The position numbers were made by a program, and so were the translations under genes. The notes beneath the pieces were generated by a model. It ran no database searches and had not been told where the DNA came from. It was given only the letters and a program-made list of their open reading frames with translations. This document shows positions 20,104-30,076 of a stretch of DNA of 40,000 nt, one piece after another (position 1 is the stretch's first letter; each line of letters begins with the position of its first letter). The stretch lies in the NCBI RefSeq assembly GCF_055456355.1, contig NZ_CM144250.1; one strand, 5' to 3'.

Positions 20104-20397
20104 ATGTCATTAGTAAGATATAATAGTAAAATCATAATAACTGTCGCGCTGATATCGTTGCTCTCTGCATGCACCAGAGAAAATTCATTAAAGGATACTC
20201 AGAATAAAAGAAGTGGCGAATCTCAAGCGATAGTAGATGCAAGAAAGTTCTTTAGCGAACACCCGGAATATATATCATCAGCAGAACTAGAGCAGAAGCT
20301 ATATCGCGAATTTGCGCAGGTTACTACTGTTCCAGCTTATAAAGAGATGAGTATGTATCAATTGCTTGTCATTTCGCAAGATCGTTTAACACATTAA
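20104..20397 (+). CDS. Small lipoprotein, InvH-like T3SS pilotin (SctG) candidate
   Basis: Signal peptide with lipobox LLSAC, then ARKFFSEHPEYISSAELEQKLYREFAQVTTVPAYKEMSMYQLLVISQDRL, which resembles the C-terminal domain of Salmonella InvH as I recall it. Confidence 0.75.
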   Translation: MSLVRYNSKIIITVALISLLSACTRENSLKDTQNKRSGESQAIVDARKFFSEHPEYISSAELEQKLYREFAQVTTVPAYKEMSMYQLLVISQDRLTH

Positions 20398-20398
20398 A

Positions 20399-20433
20399 TA
20401 ATAATCTACACGCTTTTTGCGTGTAGATTATTA
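20399..20433. terminator. Bidirectional terminator between convergent pilotin-like gene and epaS
   Basis: Perfect 15-bp stem TAATAATCTACACGC-ttttt-GCGTGTAGATTATTA. Confidence 0.75.
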
Positions 20434-20466
20434 TAAATTTCCGACTATGATAGATGTTTAATTTTT

Positions 20467-21579
20467 TTAATTATTGTCTTTATTCTCGTTTTTTGTGTCT
20501 TCACCTTCTTTGAATTTATCTTCTGAGGAGAACAGTTCATCTGGAACAGGTTGTCCAGCATTCTCCACATCTTCAAGCCACAGCAGAAGACGCAAGATCT
20601 CATCTATATTTTCGAAGCTAACATAATCGTAGCGACGATGGGTGGCATAAATTTTTCGTGCTAATTTTTTATCTGTAATAATTGGTATTCCGATTTCCTT
20701 TGCATATTTCCTTACGGCTAATGCTACCTCATTAGTTTCTCTCACAGAAATCAATGGTATAGGTGACAGATGTGGCTTAAAGTATATCCCTATGGCAATG
20801 TGCGTAGGGTTTGCAATCATCAGACGGCTATTACTGACATCAGATTTCAATTGCTCTGACAGAATTTCTTGATGGCGTTCTCTGCGTTTAGACTTAATTT
20901 CTGGATTTCCTTCTTGTTCCTTGTATTCTCTTTTAACTTCTTGTTTATCCATTTTCATATCTTTCATAAATAAAAAATACTCAGCGATAAAATCAAATAT
21001 TAGAACAATTATCATACTGCCGAGACAATATAGTATGAGGAGGAATAGCATCTCTCCCCAATCTGATAATAAAGAAATGATATCTCCATCAAGAGTTTTA
21101 AAAAGCAGTGATTTATGGTTACTCCAAAATACTTTGATCGCCAATGCAAAAAAAATAATATAAAGTATTGCTTTAACAAATTCTTTTACGGTTTTTAAGC
21201 CAAATATACGTTTTAAGCCATTTACTGGATTTAATGAATCAAACTTAAACTTAATAGCTTCAGTTGCTAATTGCATTTTACTTTGAAACCATGAGACAAG
21301 TATTGTTGTAAACATACATACCAGCAAAAAAGGAATGATCGTTTTCAACCAACCTATCCCCATAGCTTTAAAATAGTCCCAAATATCCGGTTTAGCGTTA
21401 TGATCAAGGATGTATTCAAGAATCGACATAATATGATGCACATCAAATACATATCCGAGATATAAAGTACCCACAAGCATTATTACAGAGACTGTTAAGT
21501 CTCTACTTTTTAGAATTTGCCCTTTTTTAGAAGCATCCTGGAGTTTCTTTTGTGTTGGCTTTTCAGTTTTATTTGCCAT
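20467..21579 (-). CDS. epaS: EpaS, SpaS/SctU export apparatus switch protein
   Basis: 370 aa with NPTH autocleavage motif (MIANPTHIAIGIYF) and four TMs. Confidence 0.96.
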   Translation of the reverse strand: MANKTEKPTQKKLQDASKKGQILKSRDLTVSVIMLVGTLYLGYVFDVHHIMSILEYILDHNAKPDIWDYFKAMGIGWLKTIIPFLLVCMFTTILVSWFQSKMQLATEAIKFKFDSLNPVNGLKRIFGLKTVKEFVKAILYIIFFALAIKVFWSNHKSLLFKTLDGDIISLLSDWGEMLFLLILYCLGSMIIVLIFDFIAEYFLFMKDMKMDKQEVKREYKEQEGNPEIKSKRRERHQEILSEQLKSDVSNSRLMIANPTHIAIGIYFKPHLSPIPLISVRETNEVALAVRKYAKEIGIPIITDKKLARKIYATHRRYDYVSFENIDEILRLLLWLEDVENAGQPVPDELFSSEDKFKEGEDTKNENKDNN

Positions 21580-21587
21580 GAAACACT

Positions 21588-22355
21588 CTATTTATCAATG
21601 TATAATTGCAATTGTTCTGGGAAAAAGGATAACGGCATAACTCGTTCAGCCAGTATTGGGCCAAAATAAATAATTAATATTAAAAATGCCAGCGCACTTT
21701 TGACAGTTAGTGAGATGGCAAAAGCATTTAGTTGTGAAGCATAGCGTGCCAGCAATCCCAGGACAGCTTCACCGCCCAGCATAACCGCAATCACGGGGCT
21801 TGCGTAAACGATAGTATGAGTCATTATATTATTAATATATGAGAATAAAGGCTCTAATTTAGGAAAATTAAAATTTCCTGAAGGCCATAAGTTATAACTT
21901 TGCCATAGAGTCTCCAGAATAAAGTTCAATCCACCGTTAGTAAGATAAACTGCTGCAGAGAAAAGGTTAAATAATCTTGCTAATTCCGATGTATCGACAC
22001 CTGTAGCCGGATCCAAAGTACTACTTAACGTTGCACCACGTTGGTTATCGATAAAGCTGCCTATAGCAAGGAAAATCCAAAATGGGGATGCTAATAAGCA
22101 AGCAATAAACAACCCTATGATAATTTCTCTGGCAGCAAACAAAGCGATATCTATTTCATTTAGGGTAGATAATTCATAGTGGTAATGCTGAACTAATGCA
22201 CATGATACCACTATTATTATTGGGTGACGAACTACTGTTGGTATATTCCCACTGGCGAAAAATGGTAACAAATAGAAAGTTGGTGCCAATCGGCAAAAAC
22301 CGAGCGCTGTAGCAGCCAGCAGACTATGCAACTGATAGAGTATCGCCTCCCCCAT
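21588..22355 (-). CDS. epaR: EpaR, SpaR/SctT export apparatus protein
   Basis: 255-aa polytopic FliR-like ORF, single uninterrupted reading frame. Confidence 0.94.
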   Translation of the reverse strand: MGEAILYQLHSLLAATALGFCRLAPTFYLLPFFASGNIPTVVRHPIIIVVSCALVQHYHYELSTLNEIDIALFAAREIIIGLFIACLLASPFWIFLAIGSFIDNQRGATLSSTLDPATGVDTSELARLFNLFSAAVYLTNGGLNFILETLWQSYNLWPSGNFNFPKLEPLFSYINNIMTHTIVYASPVIAVMLGGEAVLGLLARYASQLNAFAISLTVKSALAFLILIIYFGPILAERVMPLSFFPEQLQLYIDK

Positions 22356-22356
22356 G

Positions 22357-22617
22357 CTATCCTCTCGCGAATGCTAAATTCAGCATTTCGATACCAAACG
22401 AATATAATTTTTCACCATACCATCCGCTCATTAAAAAAAAGCAAATACTTACGCACAATAATTTGACGCCAAATGGCAACGTCTGTTCTTGCAACTGTGT
22501 TACCGTTTGAAAAAGCCCTACCAATAAACCAACAAATGTCGCAACTGCAATAGGTCCTGCAGACATAACTAAAATCAGATACAGCGCCCTATTCCCCGCA
22601 AAAACAATGTCGTCCAT
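22357..22617 (-). CDS. epaQ: EpaQ, SpaQ/SctS export apparatus protein
   Basis: 86 aa, [54 protein letters not shown], FliQ-family. Confidence 0.96.
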   Translation of the reverse strand: MDDIVFAGNRALYLILVMSAGPIAVATFVGLLVGLFQTVTQLQEQTLPFGVKLLCVSICFFLMSGWYGEKLYSFGIEMLNLAFARG

Positions 22618-22626
22618 ATTTTTTCC

Positions 22627-23292
22627 TCAGGGATTAATGGATAGGTCAAAATATTGTAAAATGAGTCCTTTCGATAACATTGTCCAACCGTCCATCGCGA
22701 CAAACAGAATTAATTTTATCGGTGTAGATATGGTTACCGGACTCATCATCATCATACCTAACGTTAACAGAACGCTGGATATAACCAGATCAACTACAAC
22801 AAAGGGTAAATAGATATAGAAACCTATAATAAATGCACTTTTTATCTCACTCAACGCATATGCCGGGAGTAACGAGAAAATTGAAATATTCTCATCATCG
22901 ATTATCTCTTCATTATCTTCAGAACTATTCACCTTCTGAATCTTTTCAAAAAAGCTAACCAACTCCGGTTCAGAATATTTTATCAAATATGATTTATAAC
23001 CACTCATGCCTGTCTCAACAAAATTAACAACCGACGCTACATTATTGAATGAAAGATTCTCATTCTGACTGTTATTATATATTTCCTTCCCAACCGGCAT
23101 CATTACGAACATTGACAATAGCAAAGCTATCCCATTAAGTGTCATATTTGATGGCACTTGCTGAAGTCCCAGTGCGTTTCGGACAATAACAAAAACAATC
23201 GAGAATTTAATAAAACATGTCCCGGATGCTATTATAAACGGTAATAGTGTAAATAATGATAATATCGCTATCAGCGAAATGCTATTTGACAT
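22627..23292 (-). CDS. epaP: EpaP, SpaP/SctR export apparatus protein
   Basis: 221 aa with FliP-family features: SFIKFSIVFVIVRNALGLQQVPSNMTLNGIALLLSMF and PVTISTPIKLILFVAMDGWTMLSKGLI. Confidence 0.96.
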   Translation of the reverse strand: MSNSISLIAILSLFTLLPFIIASGTCFIKFSIVFVIVRNALGLQQVPSNMTLNGIALLLSMFVMMPVGKEIYNNSQNENLSFNNVASVVNFVETGMSGYKSYLIKYSEPELVSFFEKIQKVNSSEDNEEIIDDENISIFSLLPAYALSEIKSAFIIGFYIYLPFVVVDLVISSVLLTLGMMMMSPVTISTPIKLILFVAMDGWTMLSKGLILQYFDLSINP

Positions 23293-24229
23293 TATTATTC
23301 CCTGATAACCAAGAATGAATTTCTACGCCCAATTTATCATCCACTTCAACAAGTTCGCCATAGCCAGTTAGCGCGCCATTTACACGTATCTCTATATTTT
23401 TCTCCGCTTCAGGAAGCAAAGATATAATTCTTTTTGCACAGAGATCGTCTATTTCATATAGATTCATTATTTTCTTTCCAAGAACAAACTCAATTTTTAC
23501 AGGCAAGTCTTCAAAACTATTAATCTGCTGATAGTCATTTTCATCATTAATCTCGCTTTCGCTTTTTTTGATATCAAAGTCATCTGTTTCAAAATCTTCC
23601 TCGTACTCAAAATGATCAACCATTTTTAACTCCTCTGGATAAATTAAATCACAAATCTTTGTATTATAAATAACCGCATAAGCAAAATTATTTGAAATTA
23701 ATAAAACATCACCAACTTCAATATCAACAATGGTTCTATAACATGTTTTACTAAATCCAATTACAAAATGAATGGGCCAATATAATGATTTTTTGTCTAG
23801 CGTTGGAGCGTTTTCGTATTGGCAGACTGTGACTTTATCTAACCAAATATTTAATTCCCCTGTCCATATTCTTATCAGTGGTTGAGCTGGACTCAATACT
23901 CCATCAAATACTTTACCGACACACAAACGATTATATTTTAGTTCAGGATACTTTAGATTTAATGGGGTACTAGATAAACTGAGCCATTCCACTATTAACC
24001 TTTCCGTTTCTGGCATTAAAGCCATCCCAGCGAGCTCGGCAGAAATTAAGGGAAATAACTCTCGAAGTAACACCCATCCAGACCAGCTGCCGCTCTCTTC
24101 TGCTATCGGTAGCCATTTGGCGCTAAATTCGGGCATTAATAACGCAACATCTTCACCCTTTTCTTTCCAATTTTGAAAAGTGGTTTCAAAGGAATGAGTG
24201 TTTCCATTTACTTTTCTCAGACCGAACAT
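23282..24229 (-). CDS. epaO: EpaO, SpaO/SctQ cytoplasmic ring (C-ring/pod) protein
   Basis: 315-aa ORF with C-terminal SpoA-like domain (LPVKIEFVLGKKIMNLYEIDDL...IEIRVNGALTGYGELVEVDDKLGVEI). Confidence 0.9.
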   Translation of the reverse strand: MFGLRKVNGNTHSFETTFQNWKEKGEDVALLMPEFSAKWLPIAEESGSWSGWVLLRELFPLISAELAGMALMPETERLIVEWLSLSSTPLNLKYPELKYNRLCVGKVFDGVLSPAQPLIRIWTGELNIWLDKVTVCQYENAPTLDKKSLYWPIHFVIGFSKTCYRTIVDIEVGDVLLISNNFAYAVIYNTKICDLIYPEELKMVDHFEYEEDFETDDFDIKKSESEINDENDYQQINSFEDLPVKIEFVLGKKIMNLYEIDDLCAKRIISLLPEAEKNIEIRVNGALTGYGELVEVDDKLGVEIHSWLSGNNNVK

Positions 24230-25104
24230 TAACTTTCGTCCTTCTGATCGTTTTCGAATTTACCTTCATTTTCTTGCTCATCATGAGGCTGATGTCGTTG
24301 CCCTTGTCGTTCATCTTGCTCAGTCAATACCCAGCGTTGTGCTGTAACATCATTGTGTTGGGCTTCATGGAGTCTGTCGGAGACAATCGTGTCTGATGGT
24401 TTTAGTCGTATCCCTTCACTACTTTCCAGAATCCGAACTGTATGATTCTGTCCCCAACGCTGAAACTGATATGTCAATTCATTTTCGGGTACATTGGCAC
24501 TATTAACAGAATTATTTATATCATTCTGATTGAGCGTATGAACATTCCTTTGCTTTTCGATATGTTGAGTAAACATGGTTTTGTTATCAGCAAACCTTCT
24601 TTCGTTAGTAATATCTATTAAATGGGCTTGCTCTCCATTTTTTTTGTCTCCATCGCGATATTTTTTTTCACGCTCTTTATTATTACTGTGGTTTTGAACT
24701 GTGATGTTTTCTGTATGGATACCATTATGGATTCCCCCCTTAAATTGTATCGTTTTATCAGATAGTTCAAAATTAATACCCTGATCTCGTGAAGTCATAT
24801 TGAGGACTTTCTTTGTAGAAAGTTGCTCTATTCCATTTGTTTGCAAAGAAAAAGATGAATTCCTGTCAACCTGGAGAGACGATTTGTTATCAATAGACTT
24901 CATTTGCCCATTCTTTTTCCCAAACGTAGGGAATTGGCTATCCTGAGCCTGACGTAATAACTGGAGAATGGATCCAGCAACAATCTCACTCATTTCTTTA
25001 TTTTTTTTGTTTTTCTTTAAGAAACTGTCTAAATCCGCAGCAGAATTCTCGGATGTGTCTGTGTTTAAAATTTTATAATGTTCAATTTTCTTGACTTCGT
25101 CCAT
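24229..25104 (-). CDS. eivJ: EivJ, InvJ/SpaN/SctP-like needle-length regulator
   Basis: Hydrophilic, low-complexity 291-aa ORF between SctQ and SctO genes, the SPI-1 invJ position. Confidence 0.8.
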   Translation of the reverse strand: MDEVKKIEHYKILNTDTSENSAADLDSFLKKNKKNKEMSEIVAGSILQLLRQAQDSQFPTFGKKNGQMKSIDNKSSLQVDRNSSFSLQTNGIEQLSTKKVLNMTSRDQGINFELSDKTIQFKGGIHNGIHTENITVQNHSNNKEREKKYRDGDKKNGEQAHLIDITNERRFADNKTMFTQHIEKQRNVHTLNQNDINNSVNSANVPENELTYQFQRWGQNHTVRILESSEGIRLKPSDTIVSDRLHEAQHNDVTAQRWVLTEQDERQGQRHQPHDEQENEGKFENDQKDES

Positions 25105-25549
25105 TATATTTCTCCTCCTGTTCAAGCTCGTCTTGATAAAGCATCTGATTTAAAAGTTGTTTTTTGATGCGCTTCTTTAGTCGATCGTACTTTTCTCCTT
25201 TTAGCCACCAGTGTTTTCTTTGTGCTTGCTGTTGAACTATTTCCTTGTTAAGTATTTTTCGCCGCTCTGCTATTTTTTGCTTTTCAAGATTTATCTCAGC
25301 GATCTGCTGCTGAATGACTGCAACTTTACGTAACGAGTAAAATATATCCTGGCGAAATACAACTTCGCCGAGTAACTCCTTCATATCTAACAGAGACTGT
25401 AGGTTTTTAAGTTGCATATCATACAGGCGTTCCTTTTCGACTAACTTTTCTTTTTCTGCATTTAACTTTTGTAATGATGCTTCACATGCAGCCAGGCTCT
25501 GCGCTGTTCTTCTGATAAGTCGATTAACTTTACTTAACAATTCGTTCAA
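25082..25549 (-). CDS. eivI: EivI, InvI/SpaM/SctO-like stalk protein
   Basis: 155-aa coiled-coil, Lys/Gln/Glu-rich ORF overlapping eivC and eivJ. Confidence 0.85.
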   Translation of the reverse strand: MNELLSKVNRLIRRTAQSLAACEASLQKLNAEKEKLVEKERLYDMQLKNLQSLLDMKELLGEVVFRQDIFYSLRKVAVIQQQIAEINLEKQKIAERRKILNKEIVQQQAQRKHWWLKGEKYDRLKKRIKKQLLNQMLYQDELEQEEKYNGRSQEN

Positions 25550-26849
25550 GCTCTTTTAGCGTTTCACTCATTGGCATTTTTTCATTAACTGACTGTTTTA
25601 ACCAATTTGTGAGTTTAGGCCGGGCATTCATAGCAAAATCATTTTCAGCATTTTGCCCAGCGCGATATTCCCCTAAATCAATAAACACCTGTAGTTCTTC
25701 CAAAGTTGTGAGGATCTTCCTTACCCGTGCAGCATTATCTCTGTGTTTTTCATCAGTGACCTGACCAAATACTCGACTCACACTTTTTAGAACATCTATT
25801 GCCGGATAATGACCTTGCCCAGCGAGTTTGCGACTTAGATAGATATGGCCATCAAGGATTGAGCGAATTTCATCACCCAGTGGGTCTGATTCATCCTCCC
25901 CCTCCAGTAATACGGTATAAAAGGCAGTAATACTTCCTTTTAGCGTTGGTCCCGGTCTCTCCAGTAAGCGAGGTAAACTGTCAAAAACAGAAGCAGGATA
26001 ACCACGTCTGGCAGGTGGTTCACCCGCTGCCAGCTTCATATCGCGTAGTGCTCGTGCATAGCGCGTCATTGAGTCGATAAAAAGTACAACTCTCTTTCCT
26101 CGATCTCTAAAATACTCTGCCACGGTTGTCGCCATCAGGGCGGCATTACACCGATCTACTGACGAAAAATCAGAGGTGGCATAAACCAAAACACATTTTG
26201 CTGCATTTACTGATTTTTTCAGCGATTCCGCGCATTCCGTAACTTCCCTTCCACGTTCGCCAATCAAGCCAATAACAAACACATCAGCTTCAGTGTTGTT
26301 TACAAGCATATGCATTAAAACCGTTTTGCCACAGCCAGCCGATGCGAAAATCCCAACACGTTGACCAATGCCACATGTCAGTACGCCATCAATGACTCTT
26401 ATCCGTGTCTCTAGTGGTGTATTAATAACTCGACGTTCCTTATACGACGGTGGCAGTTCATCAATCAGGCGTAAATTTCCCCTTTCGCCTGGAGTGTCCG
26501 GGACAAACCTTTCCATAATTTGACCAGAAGCATTCAAAACTGAACCAAGAAAGGCATCATTGATCTGTATGGTTAACTGCTCTCCCGTTGGTTTCAATAC
26601 TGCAGTACGTGTAAGCCCCACAGAGCTGCCTATAAGGTTTAATAATGTCTTTCCATTGCGAAAGCCAACGACCTGAGCCCTGGCTATACGTTCATTTGCT
26701 TGCCAGCTCGCATAAATTTCGCATACTTCGCCCACTGAAACGTCGTCAAGCTCTGCTTCAATGAGCGCTCCGTTTATGCTATGTAAGTAGCTGTATTTAT
26801 TTAATAGTTTTAATTTTTTCATACCAGCATGCTCCATATCGCAAGACAT
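25530..26849 (-). CDS. eivC: EivC, InvC/SctN T3SS ATPase
   Basis: Walker [63 protein letters not shown]. True start may be the Met at about 26822. Confidence 0.97.
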   Translation of the reverse strand: MSCDMEHAGMKKLKLLNKYSYLHSINGALIEAELDDVSVGEVCEIYASWQANERIARAQVVGFRNGKTLLNLIGSSVGLTRTAVLKPTGEQLTIQINDAFLGSVLNASGQIMERFVPDTPGERGNLRLIDELPPSYKERRVINTPLETRIRVIDGVLTCGIGQRVGIFASAGCGKTVLMHMLVNNTEADVFVIGLIGERGREVTECAESLKKSVNAAKCVLVYATSDFSSVDRCNAALMATTVAEYFRDRGKRVVLFIDSMTRYARALRDMKLAAGEPPARRGYPASVFDSLPRLLERPGPTLKGSITAFYTVLLEGEDESDPLGDEIRSILDGHIYLSRKLAGQGHYPAIDVLKSVSRVFGQVTDEKHRDNAARVRKILTTLEELQVFIDLGEYRAGQNAENDFAMNARPKLTNWLKQSVNEKMPMSETLKELERIVK

Positions 26850-26853
26850 TATC

Positions 26854-28914
26854 CTAAATAGTTTTCAGAATATTAACGGGAACATTTTCCGTTAGTTCCC
26901 CGTACGAAAGTACTTCGAGGTCTCGATAACTAGATTCAATAAGTTTTTTGATAAAACGACGAATATCCACAGATCCCAGTAAAATAATGTCTTTAATAGG
27001 AATATTGATTCCAGAAAGTGCCAGTTTAAAATTATCCAGAATCATCTCAGCTTCGGATGCATCGAGATTAAGAAAAGTACCGCCAGCGGTAGGCCTGACA
27101 CCATCTCTGATTCTGTCCTCTATTTCAGGCGAAATCACAATTGCTTTAATTTCTCCAGAATATGAAAACTTATGGCAAATGTAGCGACCTAATGCACCTC
27201 GTACATGCTCGACGAGTGTAATTATATCTTTCTCTCGTGGGCTCCATAATGCTAAAGCCTCCATAACTAAACGCATATTGCGCACTGAAATTCGCTCCTG
27301 GATCAGACGCTGAATTACCTCTGAAATGCGCTGCACGGTTATATATCTTAAGATTTCTTTTAATAGATCAGGATACTTCATCTCTAATTGATCAAGAATA
27401 TATTTTGTTTCTTGTATACCAAAATACTCATTAATATTATGAGCCAGACATACAGATAAATGATTGTACATTTCATCCATGGCCGTGCGAGTATAACAGC
27501 CAATTTTTGTTAATTTTTGGGCATCACTTTTTGTAACCCAATAATATTGTTCACCATTACTATTTACGATGACAGGTTTCTTGATCAAAGTCGAAACCAC
27601 TTCATCTGAATATTCAACCAACAAGACGAGATCATGATAAATTTTAAATTGCGAGGCTCTGACTTCATTTAGCATTAATATAACATCTTCATCATTAAGG
27701 CCTTCCCCCTCGCGAATGACAATACCGGGAATACGGATACCATACTCAATAAAAAACTGACTACGAATCCTATCTGCAAGATTGATTTCAGTGTATTTTT
27801 TAGCCTGTACACTATTCATAATCAAAACCAAGGGTACCGTTTCGGTAATAACCTGATCAAGTTTATTAATAATACCTAATGAAATATCATCATCCTGATT
27901 ATAGGGTTCCAACCCAACGGTGATATCTCCCTCAACAACCGTTTCTTGAACCCCTTTCTTTTTGAATTTAAAGTAAAAATAAATCCCTAAGATTACTGCC
28001 AAACATAAAAACACAAGAAGGGGAAAACCTGGAAGCAACCCAATACTTAGCGCGAGAACACATGTCACAATAATGACAAAAGAATTACTTAATAACTGGG
28101 ACATTATATTTTGCCCCATATTATCACTATCGCCATTCACGCGCGTTACGATAAACCCTGCGCTAATAGCAATTAATAAAGCTGGAATTTGAGAAACAAG
28201 ACCATCACCGACGGTAAGAATTGTGTAGACGGTCAACGCTGTCGAGAAATCCATTCCATTTTGGCCTACTCCTACTGATAGCCCACCGATAATATTAACA
28301 AAGATAATAATAATGTTTGCAATAGCATCACCTTTGATAAATTTCATCGCACCATCAAAGGAACCATACAGCTGACTCTCTCGTTCTAATACGCTACGAC
28401 GTTCTTTTGCTAAATCTGCATCAATGATCCCGGCGCGTAGATCGGCGTCAATACTCATTTGTTTACCTGGCATACCGTCAAGCGAAAAGCGGGCAGCAAC
28501 TTCAGCCACACGTTCCGAACCTTTAGTAATCACGATAAACTGAACAATAGTAACAATGGAGAAAATAACAAAACCAACTACCAGGCTATCTCCAATAACG
28601 AATTCACCAAAACTCGTTATAATTTCTCCGGCGTCCGCCTCAAGAAGTATAAGTCGACTGGTACTGATCGCCAGCGCCAAACGAAATAACGTTGTGATGA
28701 GAAGAATTGATGGGAATGAAGAAAAACTTAAGATCCTATCAACATAGAATGATCCTAAAAACACAAGTATTGCCAATGTTAAGTTCAGCCCAATCAAAAA
28801 ATCGATTAAGTAGGTGGGCAATGGAATTATGAGCATGGCGATAATCATCACCATTAATCCAAGAATTATTAATTCTGGATGACTCCTTAAACCTATCAAA
28901 ACTTTGTTAAACAT
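26854..28914 (-). CDS. eivA: EivA, InvA/SctV export gate protein
   Basis: 686 aa, FHIPEP-family ([52 protein letters not shown]). Full length. Confidence 0.97.
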   Translation of the reverse strand: MFNKVLIGLRSHPELIILGLMVMIIAMLIIPLPTYLIDFLIGLNLTLAILVFLGSFYVDRILSFSSFPSILLITTLFRLALAISTSRLILLEADAGEIITSFGEFVIGDSLVVGFVIFSIVTIVQFIVITKGSERVAEVAARFSLDGMPGKQMSIDADLRAGIIDADLAKERRSVLERESQLYGSFDGAMKFIKGDAIANIIIIFVNIIGGLSVGVGQNGMDFSTALTVYTILTVGDGLVSQIPALLIAISAGFIVTRVNGDSDNMGQNIMSQLLSNSFVIIVTCVLALSIGLLPGFPLLVFLCLAVILGIYFYFKFKKKGVQETVVEGDITVGLEPYNQDDDISLGIINKLDQVITETVPLVLIMNSVQAKKYTEINLADRIRSQFFIEYGIRIPGIVIREGEGLNDEDVILMLNEVRASQFKIYHDLVLLVEYSDEVVSTLIKKPVIVNSNGEQYYWVTKSDAQKLTKIGCYTRTAMDEMYNHLSVCLAHNINEYFGIQETKYILDQLEMKYPDLLKEILRYITVQRISEVIQRLIQERISVRNMRLVMEALALWSPREKDIITLVEHVRGALGRYICHKFSYSGEIKAIVISPEIEDRIRDGVRPTAGGTFLNLDASEAEMILDNFKLALSGINIPIKDIILLGSVDIRRFIKKLIESSYRDLEVLSYGELTENVPVNILKTI

Positions 28915-30076
28915 TGAACATTACCTTCTTCCATGGTTTTTTATTTTGTTTTTTATTACTGTTTTGTGTATCAAAGAGCTCTGCTGCAAATGTTACTTTT
29001 ATTGCCTGTTTACAACACTCCCTAATCTCTAATAATTGTTCATTATTAATAAAAAGTGAAAATGGAAGATTTGTACATCCGCTGTAAATCGCCTTCAGGA
29101 GTAACGTTTTGTCTTTATAATTAGCATCTGCGGGTAGGGTTACCAGTGCATTTTTCAGGAGTTCCTCTGCAGTCTCAGGAAATTTTATTAACGATATCAG
29201 AAAAAATATCCAGTAATCTTCTGCGCTAATAAATTTTTTAATTGTTGGGTTATTCATTAAAGTTTTCAGAAATAAAGCCTCTGCCGACTGAAGAGACAAT
29301 AGTTGTGACAACTTATTGAGAAACATACCAAATTCCAATGATGAACAACTCGCATCAAGTGCATTTATATCTGAGAAAAGCGTCTCTTTGATAAATTTTG
29401 TCACCAGCATTCTATTTTGATAGCCATAACTACCAATCCATTCTACATAAGTATCTACAGCATCGTCTTCTGCCATTAAAAATTGTCGATAACTTGCCCT
29501 TAGTAATTTGGGATTTAATGACAACGCCTGGCCAAATAACTTTGCTTTTAATGCCGAGTTAATACCGCTATTAATGAATTTTTTAGTAGTCTCTTGATTA
29601 ACTTTTTTAAGTAATGCTTCAGCGTTTAGCCGCACATTTTCAGATATTTGTTTTTTACGTAAAATTGCACGTAATACAACCACCAGATCGCTTTCATCTG
29701 GAAATAATTTTTTAGCAAAGCTATACACTTCATAGTCATGGGTAGTTGCTGCCTTAAGCGCCTCCATGACTTTATCGGTTTTTTCTATTGGCTGATCTTC
29801 CAGGACATATTCTTCTCCGTCCAGAAAGTTGGCCAGTTGTTCTTCGTAGATTTTTTTCTTCATAAACTGCGTTAACGCTGCTGACATCTCGTCAGTAGCT
29901 TGTAAGAATCGAGCTTCTTTACCGGCGGGATCATCTCCCATTTTAGGCATTTCAGCTTCAATATCTTCATTATCTTCTGTGATAATGTCCTCTAAGCGAG
30001 AAACTTCTCTGGCTCTTTCTAATACACCGACATGCTCTACATGAATCGCCATTTCACTATCCTCCGACGACTTCAC
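28907..30076 (-). CDS. eivE: EivE, InvE/MxiC/SctW gatekeeper
   Basis: 389-aa helical ORF between SctV and SctC genes, InvE-like. Confidence 0.92.
   Translation of the reverse strand: MKSSEDSEMAIHVEHVGVLERAREVSRLEDIITEDNEDIEAEMPKMGDDPAGKEARFLQATDEMSAALTQFMKKKIYEEQLANFLDGEEYVLEDQPIEKTDKVMEALKAATTHDYEVYSFAKKLFPDESDLVVVLRAILRKKQISENVRLNAEALLKKVNQETTKKFINSGINSALKAKLFGQALSLNPKLLRASYRQFLMAEDDAVDTYVEWIGSYGYQNRMLVTKFIKETLFSDINALDASCSSLEFGMFLNKLSQLLSLQSAEALFLKTLMNNPTIKKFISAEDYWIFFLISLIKFPETAEELLKNALVTLPADANYKDKTLLLKAIYSGCTNLPFSLFINNEQLLEIRECCKQAIKVTFAAELFDTQNSNKKQNKKPWKKVMFNV

Noticed and set aside
26948-27184. Antisense ORF within eivA, and similar ones inside eivE, eivG, kduI and yqeF
   Set aside because: Shadow ORFs opposite well-supported genes with no RBS or family signature.
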